Assembly (NCBI RefSeq): GCF_006345805.1
Contig: NC_043003.1
Span: 39,060,001-39,124,000 of the forward strand
Length of the DNA: 64,000 bases
Direction: 5' to 3'
From: Octopus sinensis
Lineage: Eukaryota
The stretch's first letter is position 1. The number at the start of each line of letters is the position of its first letter. The position numbers and the translations under genes were made by a program. The notes under the pieces were generated by a model. That model saw nothing but the letters and a program-made list of their open reading frames with translations. It was not told the DNA's origin and searched no databases. Of this stretch, positions 53,630-64,000 are shown piece by piece.

Positions 53630-56600
53630 TAGTTTTATTTTTATAGCGTGCTTTCACTTCACTACCGAGCACAGCTCTGTGTGCCTTGGGTATGTGCTGT
53701 GATTTGTTGTGATGCTCTGATGGTTATTGTATGGAAAGTGTTCTGCGTAGGATGTGTGCAGTGCCTAGTAGTGCAATTTTCTGTATGTTATATGTGTTTG
53801 TAAGTCCTGGTGTTTTTGTTATGTATTTGTCTGAATATTTTTTTCATGCCTAATGCACCTACTATGATAGGAATTGTTTCTGTTTTCAGATTCCACATTC
53901 TAGTTACCTCTATTTCCAGGTCTTTGTATTTTGAGAGTTTCTCCATTTCTTTTAGAGACACGTTGTCATCTGCCGGTATTGATACATCAATTAGAAAGCA
54001 TTTTTTTTCTTCATGATCTCTGACAACTATATCTGGTCTGTTGGCCTTAATTTCTCTATCTGTGTGTATCGGCATATCCCAGAGTATGGTTGCTTTCTCG
54101 TTTTCTGTGACCTTTTCTGGTGTGTGCCTATACCATCTTTTTTCTGTTGTTATTCCATAATGTTGGCATAGCTTCCAATGTATGTAGGTTCCAACTCTGT
54201 CATGTCTGTGAATATATTCCTTCTTAGCCAGGACTGGGCAGCTAGAGATAATATGATTTATTGTTTCTTGTCCATCTCCACATATTCTGCAGTTACTTGT
54301 AATATTTCTTTTCATTACATGTTTTTGGTAATTTCTGGTGGGGAGGCTTTGGTCTTGTGCTGCAATTAAAAATCCCTCTGTTTCTGCTTTGAGTCCTGAG
54401 CTTCTCAACCATTGCTGGGATTTTTCTTTGTCTATTTCTTTTGCGTTTAGTTTAGTGCAGTATTTACCATGAAGGGGCTTTTCTTGCCATCGTTTTATCA
54501 TGGTTCGTTGCTGTTCTATTTTTAGTTTGGATTTCATTTGTTTTATAGCTTTTGTTGTTTCTTCATCATCTTCTTCTTTTCTTCGTGTTTATTAGGTGGT
54601 ATGATTTCTTGTTTGTATTTGTCAGCTTCCTTAAATACTGAGAACAGTTTTTTGTTTTGCTCGTGTTTTGCTGCTATCTGGATCAGTTTTCTTCCTTCTG
54701 AAGTAGGTATTTTTGCAGTCCTATGGTGGTTATTTTATAGTAGTTTTCCAGCTGTATAAGGCCTCTACCACCTTCTATACGTTGTATATATAGTCTTTCT
54801 ATGTCAGATTTTGGGTGATGCATCCTAGATCCTGTCAGTATTTTTCTTGTTTTCCTATCTATTTTGGACAGTTCATTTCGTGTCCAGTTAAGGATATTGT
54901 AGCTGTAACTTATAACTGGGACAGCTAAAGTGTTGATACCTATTATCTTGTTTTTAGCATTGAGCTCTGTTTTTAGTATTGATCTAACTCGTCTATAATA
55001 TTCTTTTTTTATTTTCTCTTTCATTTGTGTGTGTTGTGTCTTATCTAGTTCATGGATTCCTAAGTATTTGTAAGTTTGGCTTTGGTCTAATTCTTTTATT
55101 TCATTGGTTTTATCTAGTGTGATGTTGTTACTCTTAACTAGTTTTCCTCTTTTCATGGTTACTTTGGCGCATTTTTCTAATCCAAATTTCATATCTATTT
55201 CTTTGGTAAATCCATGAACTGTCTTTAATAGTGTTTCCAGCTGTTTGTCATTTGCAGCGTATAGTTTTAGGTCATCCATATATAAAAGGTGGCTGATCGT
55301 TTTGCCGTAACATTTATATCCGCATCCAGTTCTATTTAGCATATCAGATAGAGGTGACAGTGCCAAGCAGAAAAGGAGTGGAGAGAGCGTGTCTCCCTGG
55401 AATATTCCTCTTCTAATGGGGATGTCTTTGGTTTTCATGAGTCCCTCTCTTTGTTTGGAGGTGTAGGACTGTTTGCCATTTATTCATAGTGTGCTCTATG
55501 AATTTTATGATTGTTGGTGCTACTTTGTTAATGGCTAGTGTTTCGAGGATCCATGTGTGGGGGATGCTATCAAACGCCTTTTTGTAGTCAATCCAGGCCA
55601 TACTGAGGCCTTTCTTCTTTCTGTGGCTGTCTTCAGTTACGGCTTTATTAATCATTAGTTGATCTTTACAGCCATATGAGCCCTTGCGGCATCCTTTCTG
55701 CTCTTCTGGGAACAGTTTGTTTTCGTCCAGGTGCTTGTTCAGCCTTTGCGATATCACTGCAGTAAATGCCTTGAACATAGTAGGGAGGCAGGTTATTGGT
55801 CTGTAGTTTTCTGGTTTTGTTGTTTCATTTGATTTGGGAATTAAGATGGTTTTCCCCTTCGTGAGCCATTCAGGCATTGTCTCTGGCTCTGCTAGTATGC
55901 TGTTAAAGTTTTCAGCCAGCTTTTGTGTGCATTCCTGTTAGATATTTCAACCAGAAGTTGGGGATCTTGTCATGCCCAGGTGCCTTCCAGTTGCTTAGTT
56001 TTTGCAGTGCCTGGGTGACCTCTTCAGTTGTTATGGGGGTCCAAAGTTGTTCAGATGCCGAGTTTGTTATTTTCATACTCCTTTTTTTTGGGGTTCGTTC
56101 GCCGACCATATTTCTTTCCAGAATTCTTCCAATTCTTCTGCCGTTGGTGCTGCAGTGACTTCTATTTTATTTTTGCCCAGTTCTTGGTAGAACTTTTTGG
56201 GGTTGGAGTTGAACTTTTTGTTTGTTCAAAGAAGCGTTGGCGTTTCTCGTACCGGCGGATCCTTTGTGCTTTGGCAAGGATATCTTGCTTCAGCTTTTCT
56301 TTATCTCAGGCAAATCTTTTCTGTGATGTTATATTTGCGGAGCATTTTTGTTCTCTTTTTGTTGCTCAGTAGCGTTGATTGTTTGCTGATTTCATTAAGA
56401 ATCGACAGGTCTTTTCTAATTTTTTAAATTCTGTTTTGGATGTTATTTATCCACAGGGTTTGTTTGGGTGGTGGTACTCCTGTTTGGGCGGGTTTGGGTG
56501 AGTATCCAGCTTCTTTTGTGGCTGCAGTGGCTGCTGCGTATATTAGGTTATTTAGCTCAGTGATATCACTTTTTTTTGCTTCAGTGGCTATCAGTTCAGT

Positions 56601-57570
56601 GACGGCTAGGTTTATGCTGTTTATAATAGGTGTTGTTATTTTGTTTATTTTTATTCTTGGGAGGTATGGTCGGTGGTCCATTTTGAGCTCTGTGGTTTTC
56701 AGTTCTTTGATTATTTTATTTTTTATATTATCATAATCATTAGGCTCCCTTTCGTTGTTTACATCGTGTTTGTTGGGAATGTTGCGTTTGTCTTCGTGTT
56801 TTACAGTTTCAGTGTTTATATTATTGGGCATTGTTGTGTGGCTTCTATCTACATTTTCCTGGTGTATGTTTTCTTTTAGGTGTTCTATTTCTATTTCTGA
56901 TATTTTTTGTGTTGAGAATGTATCTTCGTACGTTAGCTAATTTATTAGGGTTCATTGCTGTATCCAAGTCTATATCTCTATTATTTTCCTTCCATATTTT
57001 ATATGTATGTGTTGTTGTATTTTCATTTTTTGGGTAGAGTACTGCTGTGAAGTATGCGTGTAAGATAGAAATGTATTCCTCACGTGTCCATTTACGTCTT
57101 TTGGGTTTTATATGCGGGACATGAGGTACAACGTCCGGCCCATTATTTTGACGGTCGTCATTTTCGTAGGGTACCGGTCCGTTTATTTCTGTTGTCACAT
57201 TATTTCGCACGTGTAGTTTTTCGTACATTTTTTGTTGTAAGTTTAATGTACGTACCACTCGATTGTTATTCTTGGGTTGAATAGTATCGTGGCATTTAAT
57301 TTCTCCGTAGTTCCTTTGTACATGGTGTTTGGGGTCGGAGATGATCGTGATGTTCCACGCATGTTTACATGTGTTGCGTTAGAGGCGGAGATGATATCGA
57401 GTCAAAATACATCATTTCGTTTCGAAAATAGTAATAAATTTCAATTAGTATTACTTACTCGGATACAGTCCAATTCTTTGTTAGTAAAACTTTGGCTCCA
57501 TAGGATGTCCTTGTTTTCGATGTTTGTGGATAGATTTCGGAGCTCTGAATTTTCCTTCTTACATCTTCTT
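53627..57570 (-). mobile_element. Near full-length R4/Dong-clade non-LTR retrotransposon (Myb-like, RT, CCHC, REL endonuclease), frameshifted
   Basis: RRKWTREE; YRPITCL; WIDYKKAFDS; GIFQGDTLSP; LYMDDLKL; CRIC...ETINHIISSC; ANRPDIVV...LIDVSIP. The 3' end runs into (AAT)n at 53556-53626. Confidence 0.93.
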
Positions 57571-57585
57571 CTTCTTATTATTATT

Positions 57586-57862
57586 CAGTAGTTTTATTTT
57601 TATACCGTGCTTTCACTTCACTACCGAACGCAGCTCAGTGTGCCTTAGGTATGTGCTGTGATTTGTTGTGATGCTCTGATGGTTATTGTATGGAAAGTGT
57701 TCTGCGTAGGATGTGTGCAGTGCCAAGTAGTGCAATTTTCTGTATGTTATATGTGTTTGTAAGTCCTGGTGTTTTTGTTATGTATTTTTCTGAATATTTT
57801 TTTATCATGCCTAATGCACCTACTATGATAGGAATTGTTTCTGTTTTTAGATTCCACATTCT
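57586..57862 (-). mobile_element. 5'-truncated 277 bp copy of the same R4/Dong 3' end, in tandem
   Basis: Nearly identical to 53627-53903; bounded by (TAT)n on both sides. Confidence 0.92.
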
Positions 57863-57895
57863 GGAATTATTATTATTACTATTATTATTATTATT

Positions 57896-58990
57896 TTTTT
57901 TTTTTCTTTTCTTCTTTCAAATTTGCTTCCATTTCTTGCCGAGTGTCTTCCCGACTCCTAGGGCAAAGAAACTCATAGTATACATTGGTAGGCCATTAAA
58001 CCAAACTCAGTAGTTCGTTCATTTTTTTTTTTTTTCATTTTTTTTTTTTAAGTTAAATTAAAATACATGAGCAGCAACAGTTCTCACATCGACAATGCTC
58101 TTCTCAATACGTGTGATGTACCAGTTAAGACAATCTTTTGCACTTCTTGCAGGGATGGTAAGCCAGGGATCATTCTCATATAATTTTCGGTTCCCTTCTT
58201 GATCATTCCTAGTGCTCCTATGATCACTGGTATTGTAACCGCCTTGAGATGCCACATTTTCTCAATTTCAATGAGTAGGTCTTTATACTTTCTGAGCTTG
58301 TCAAACTCTTTCGCTGAGATATTATGATCACAGGGGATGCTCATGTCGATCAATAAGCAAACTTTATTGTTTTGGTCTTTCACAACAATATCTGGTTTAT
58401 TGGCCTTGATGGTTCGGTCTGTATGTACTGGAAAGTCCCACAGAATGGTTACATTTTCTCCTTCAGTTACAGCCTCAGGGTGGTGATTATACCACTTGTC
58501 GGCAGTTTTGATATTGTAATGCCGACTTATTAGCCAGTGGAGATATTGGCCAACTCTGTCATGTCTTAATTTATACTCCACTGGTGCTAAGACTTTACAT
58601 CCAGAGATTAGGTGGTCCACTGTTTCAATCATGTCGTTGCAGAATCGGCATTTTGGGTCTGCTCCATTTTTCATCACATTGGCCTGGTAGTTCCGGGTTA
58701 ATAGGCTTTGATCTTGAGCAGCCAGGATGAAACCTTCGCTCTCTGCTTTTAGCCCTGAGCTCCGTAGTCACTGATGGGTTTGCTTCTGGTCAACATGAGC
58801 TTGTTTGCTGCGGGTCACATATTTGCCGTGCAGAGGTTTCTCCTCCCACCTATCAGCCAATTGCTCGTGCGCTTTTTTCATTGCCATCATTTTCACCTTC
58901 TTTGCAACAATAGATGCTGTACTTCCCTCGGGTTGTTCAGTTTGGGTATCCTGCACGAGATCAATAGCAAATTTTTTGCTTTCTTTTATG
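57896..58990 (-). mobile_element. Second R4/Dong subfamily, 5'-truncated
   Basis: WEEKPLHG...LRSSGLKAESEG; CRFC..ETVDHLISGC; ANKPDIVV..LIDMSIP; ...HVLRRALSM*. The 3' UTR ends in (AAT)n at 57866-57895. Confidence 0.9.
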
Positions 58991-58996
58991 ATAGAA

Positions 58997-59378
58997 CTAG
59001 CAGTATCACCCGGCGTTGCTCAGGTTTGTAAGGGAAATAACTATAAAGCATTTTTAGAGAGTTATAGCCAAAAAATAGCAAAAAAATGGGAAAAAATTAT
59101 GGTAAATTTTTTTGAGAGTTAAAAAGGTGGAGTCGCGTCCCCTAGACAGTTTGTGGTTTGTGTTTCTGATTCTCGACCCCATGTCGAATTTATCGATTTT
59201 TTTCAGAACTGGGGGAACTTTTCAAAATTTTCGCTGCGTTAGTTTTGAATTATGACATTGGGCTATGTGTGTGTCAAGTTTCATCAGAATCGGTTGAAAG
59301 CCGTGGTCAGGGTGAGGGTACAAGCAAACAGACACACAGAAACACGCATAGACAAACTGCCGTTTATATAGAGAGAGA
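58997..59378 (-). mobile_element. Non-autonomous Helitron sharing the 3' terminus of the 51.8/52.5 kb copies
   Basis: Minus strand: TC start at 59378, CCTGAGCAACGCCGGG hairpin, CTAG end at 58997, A|T site; the 5' part differs. Confidence 0.82.
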
Positions 59379-59402
59379 TGAAGCTTCTTTCGTCTCTCGT
59401 GA

Positions 59403-59434
<32 letters not shown>

Positions 59435-59481
59435 TTATTATTATTATTATTATGTCTATAATTTAATATTTGTGATTGTAG

Positions 59482-59599
59482 GACATCTTGATGGATTTCA
59501 CTATTGTCAGAATCAGAGAAATGACTCTTGGAGCTAACATGAAACTTGAGGAAATTAATCGTCTGAAATGGAAATCAACAAACGTTGACAACACTGGAG
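59482..59599 (+). CDS. MAN2B1: alpha-mannosidase exon 17
   Basis: attgtag / GTGAGA; 118 nt, phase 0 to 1; DILMDFTIVRIREMTLGANMKLEEINRLKWKSTNVDNTG (E.TL.AN...RLKW motif). Confidence 0.93.
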
Positions 59600-59944
59600 G
59601 TGAGAGATATATTTTTTTCTTATAGTTTCCTCTTTGATGTTTTATTGTTTCTGCTGATTCAGAAAGTGCTTACTCTAGGGACCCAACGGAGGATATTGTA
59701 TAGACATAGAAGGGAAGGTGAATGTTAAAAGAGTAAAGAAAATTAACGGTAAAGCGTAAGGAAAAGTAACTATTAAAGTGGAACAATGGTAAAGAAATTA
59801 TGGTAATAAAGGAAGGGTCATGGTTATCTAGACAACGAAAAAACAGAGCAGGGCATTGGGTAGATGGCTATAATGAAAGATCATAAAAGAGTTACGTTTT
59901 GTCGTTTTAAGCTTGATAAAAATAACAATCCTCTAGGATAGTGA

Positions 59945-60605
59945 CATGTAAAATTTCCAGAAATATGTAATATTTCTAGAATAACATAAGATTTTGAGAA
60001 GTATGTAAGACATCCAGTAAAAAGTAAGATTATCAGAATCATATTTAAGATTTTAAGAGATATGTTAGATTTCCTGAAAGATGTAAACTTTCTAGAATAA
60101 TATGTAAGATTTCCAGAAAAAACATAGTATTTCGAGAAATATGTAAATTTTTAGAAATATATGTAAGATTTCCAGAATAATATTTAAGATTTCCAGAAAT
60201 TCTTGTAAGACTTCCAGAAAAACGTAATATCTTTAGAATAATTATTTAACATTTCAAGAAATATATGATTTCCAGAAAGATGTAAGGTTTCTAGCATAAC
60301 ATGCAAGATTTCCAGAAAAACATAAGAGTTCGAAAAATATGTAAGATTTTCAGAAAAACATGTAAGATTTCTGGAAAAAATATGCAAGATTTCGAGAAAT
60401 ATGTAAGTTATCTTGGAAAACGTGTAAGATTTCCAGAAAAGCGTAAGATTTCCAGAGGTATGTTAGATATCTAGAAACGTTAGATTTTCTGAAAAACCTG
60501 TAAGGTTTCCAGAAAACCATGCAAGATTTTGAAAATAACGTAAGATTTCTAGAATTTCAAGAAGAACACGTAAGATTTCCAGAAACATTTTAGATTTTCA
60601 GAATA
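59945..60605. repeat. Degenerate ~21-22 bp minisatellite (TGTAAGATTTCCAGAAAAATA-like), about 30 units, in the last intron
   Basis: Direct reading. Confidence 0.88.
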
Positions 60606-60753
60606 ACATAGCATTTATACGAACACTAATGCTTTTTTCCATACTGGGATCATTTAAATATAAGTCCCCGTGTTTGGATTGTTTTTATATTTTTCTTTTT
60701 AATTTTATTGTTTGACGTTTCGAATCTTCAATGTTTCTCATTTTTACTTTCAG

Positions 60754-60848
60754 ATGAATATGATGACCGCGTACCCATTAGCGGTACTCTGGTCGTGATG
60801 AAACCGATGGAGATTCGAACTCTAATGGTTAAAGTGACGAAGCAGTGA
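60754..60848 (+). CDS. MAN2B1: alpha-mannosidase terminal coding exon with stop
   Basis: tactttcag acceptor; 95 nt; (D)EYDDRVPISGTLVVMKPMEIRTLMVKVTKQ-TGA (C-terminal PMEIRT motif). Confidence 0.94.
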
Positions 60849-61287
60849 TTCTATTTCAAGATTGCACAGAATAATTTCTTACGGTGAAGGGAATATAATT
60901 TTTACACAATGTGTGAACCAATAAGACGAAGTGAAGTTGGAGAGACGGAGTAGAGAGAGGAAGAAGGGTAGAAGAAAAAGAAAAAGAAGAAAGAGGAGGG
61001 AAGTGGTGAGTGATGGGGAGAAAGAATGAGAAAAAGGGAGAAAGAGAGAGAGAGAGTGAAAGAGAGGTTGAGTGAAAAACAAAAGAGCAAAAAAGGGAGT
61101 TAAGAAAAAGTGCAGACTCTTCCCCCACCTCGACGACAATAGCAACAATAGTAACTTGAATAAGATACAGCAGATAGAAGAGCAACAACATTCGCATAAC
61201 AACAGCATAAACAAAAGCAGTAGCAACAGTAGCAGCCGTAGCACTTGTAGGAACAGCAGGAGTACCATTACCACGACGACGACGACG

Positions 61288-61319
<32 letters not shown>

Positions 61320-61413
61320 CATTACTGCTTAAATAATCGCAACTAACACTTGCCCTTAGCGACACAATAATATTAACCAAATTATCTTATACAACGAATG
61401 ATCCCTTTACATT

Positions 61414-61419
61414 AATAAA
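61414..61419 (+). promoter_or_regulatory. Candidate poly(A) signal for the mannosidase 3' UTR
   Basis: An AATAAA ~570 nt downstream of the stop codon. The region is AT-rich, so this is weak. Confidence 0.25.
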
Positions 61420-61683
61420 TCGTCCCTTACATAGGTATTATACAATAATCAGCCCCTGACAGTAACGCATTTGGAATGTCTGCCTCTCCTAACAATATTT
61501 TTTTATATTTACTCGATAGAATTCTGTGTATGCGTATGTGTATAGTGCAAGCATGTTTGCATGTATGTATATATATGTATATATATGTATGTATGTTTAT
61601 AAACTCTCTCACACACACACACATACACACTCATATATACATGTGGTTGTGTGCATGGATATGTATGGACATGTGTAGCAATA

Positions 61684-61728
<45 letters not shown>

Positions 61729-61748
61729 TATATATACATATACATATG

Positions 61749-61780
<32 letters not shown>

Positions 61781-62008
61781 TGTATGTGCACATATACACA
61801 TACAGATAAGCAATGGTAACTTGTTTATGTACTTTATTTTTCTCCGTTTCCTTCTTCCGTGAGTGTATGCATATGTATATGTACGTATGTATGTATATAT
61901 ATATGCACATATACAGATACAGATAACCAATGCCATCTTGTTTATATATTTTATTTTAATCCGTTTCCTTCTCCCGTGAGTGTATGTATATGTATATATA
62001 TGTATGTA

Positions 62009-62049
<41 letters not shown>

Positions 62050-62327
62050 TATAACATATTATTATATATAAAACAAGCTCAACACACGTACCATTTTACA
62101 TATACACGTATAAATACATTATCGCTATGTTTGTAGTAATGGCAAATGACAGATCTTCGGAAATGCCAATATTACTCAATACTATATTTAACAAAATCAT
62201 GATCTGAAGATTCCTAGAATTTTAGAATGGATTAATTGTATTACTTCAAACTACAAACAAACCTTAAACAATAGGCATTTTTAATATCACTTTTAATATC
62301 ACTTTCTCTTTTATACTGATGCAGATC

Positions 62328-62370
<43 letters not shown>

Positions 62371-62949
62371 GACTATTTAAAGGATGTATTCTTTTACTTG
62401 TTTCAAGTCATTTGACTGTGGCCATGCTGGAGCACCGCCTTTAGTCGAGCGAATCGACCCCAGGACTTATTCTTTGTAAGCCTAGTACTTATACTATCGG
62501 TCTCTTTTTGCCGAACCGCTAAGTTACGGGGACGTAAACACACCAGCATCGGTTGTTAAGCGATGTTGGTGGTGGTGGGGGGACAAACACACATACATAT
62601 ATACATACATAAAGAAGCCTGTCGTATACGGCGGCAAGCAGGCATAATTGTTAACACGCCGTACAAAAATGCCTGGTAACATTTCATCCGTTCTGCAGTT
62701 CAAATTCCTCAGACGTCGATTTTACCTCTTATCCTTTCGAGGCCGATAAAATAAGTACCAGTTGAACTCTGGAGGCGATATAATTGGCTGACCCTCTCCC
62801 ATAAAATTTCACACCTATAGTACCTATAGTAGAAATAATTGACTTCGTAGAACAATGGCTAAACGTATTATATTTTTACACTGATCAAATAATGAAAGAA
62901 GAATGATATCATTTTATGAATTTAGTACTTTAATGAACAGTTATCTTTT

Positions 62950-63330
62950 TCCTCAAATTGCATATTAAGAAATAGAAGTTGTGATTCTAGAGAAAATGCT
63001 TCCTTCCACCCTTTTTCCTTCTATGCAATCTCTTATTAAAACATATTTATTCGACTTACTACAAGCTATAATGTGTGAATTGATGAAACGATTTATTTCC
63101 TTATTTTATGTAGGTGTTCCTGAATTTTGTGTATCGTCAGGTTCATTGTTGTTCCTTGAACAGTACTGTAATTACTGTAGAGGGACAAACAAATTAGATG
63201 ATTACATATTCACAATTTTTCTTTTGTTAACTAAAAGTATTGTCGGCTTATCTGTAGTCTTATTTTCGGCAAGTAGTAGGCTTATCTGTAGTCTTATTTT
63301 AGAAATCTTTAGTATGAGCAAAAAATAATA
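62950..63330 (-). mobile_element. Possible decayed PLE GIY-YIG remnant
   Basis: Minus-strand GTTMNLTIHKIQEHLHKIRK and ...CSKSNK... weakly recall G.T.N.L..R..EH; heavily decayed. Confidence 0.35.
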
Positions 63331-64000
63331 CTTTTTAAAAAATATATAAACATTTACGAAAGAATGAATGCATCAAATTGTCAATTAGCAGACACAAGTT
63401 CGGCTCCTCTCCTAATGCTTACTATCGATTCTTTTATGAGGTTTCTGTGTTTGCATCCATACTTAATTTTGAAAGAAAAACTAATGCATATTCAATCCTA
63501 TGTTAGTTCTCAATAGGTTTCGTGTAAACACTAACAATACTTTAAAGATTACACTTGAACTATTTCTTGTTAACAAATCACGATTCAGGAATTTAAGGAT
63601 CATGATTTTGAGAGTAAAGCTGTAAAACAAGATCTCTGGATTATTACAGCAGAAGAAGTCTCAAGCGACACAAAATTGCTGAAGGTTTTTTTTTGTTGAT
63701 AAAAAGTGACTGAGTGATGTTATTGAAAATTGACTGCCTATGTAGCAAATTAATCGGTTGAAAATGGTAGATAATGATTGATTGAAAGCAAATCATTTAT
63801 ATAAATTCCCTGAGGAAATCTGATTTATCTCATTTGAAGATATTTGTATACACTGATATTGTCATTGTCATGAAGATATTTGGTTGTTACACAAACTAGT
63901 TGAAAATATTTGCATGATATAAAAAAAATAGTTGAAAATATTTCTTATACAAATGAACTGAAAATATCTGTTCACTTAGCAAACATATGACACGTGTTTG

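Overview
Eukaryotic, very microsatellite-rich genomic DNA. The repeat content (tRNA-derived SINEs with internal TA/TG microsatellites, long (TA)n/(TACA)n tracts) looks like an octopus genome; the species is inferred, not proven. One protein-coding gene is supported: the 3' ~two thirds of a lysosomal alpha-mannosidase (GH38, MAN2B1-like) on the + strand. It has 18 coding exons (2332-60848) with canonical GT-AG introns whose phases join into one frame of 662 aa plus stop. The N-terminal catalytic exons lie upstream of the window. Introns hold SINE families, a decayed mariner, hAT-type and other MITEs, non-autonomous Helitrons, a Tx1/L1 remnant, R4/Dong-clade LINEs embedded in microsatellites, and several Penelope-like element (PLE) remnants. 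The most striking unannotated structure is a ~5 kb PLE fold-back (35491-40479): a 195 bp near-perfect hairpin of GIY-YIG coding sequence, with a putative type I hammerhead ribozyme at each outer end. Two more hammerhead-like motifs of different sequence occur at 26891-26976 and 51299-51359. Most long ORFs in the supplied track are microsatellite translation artefacts.
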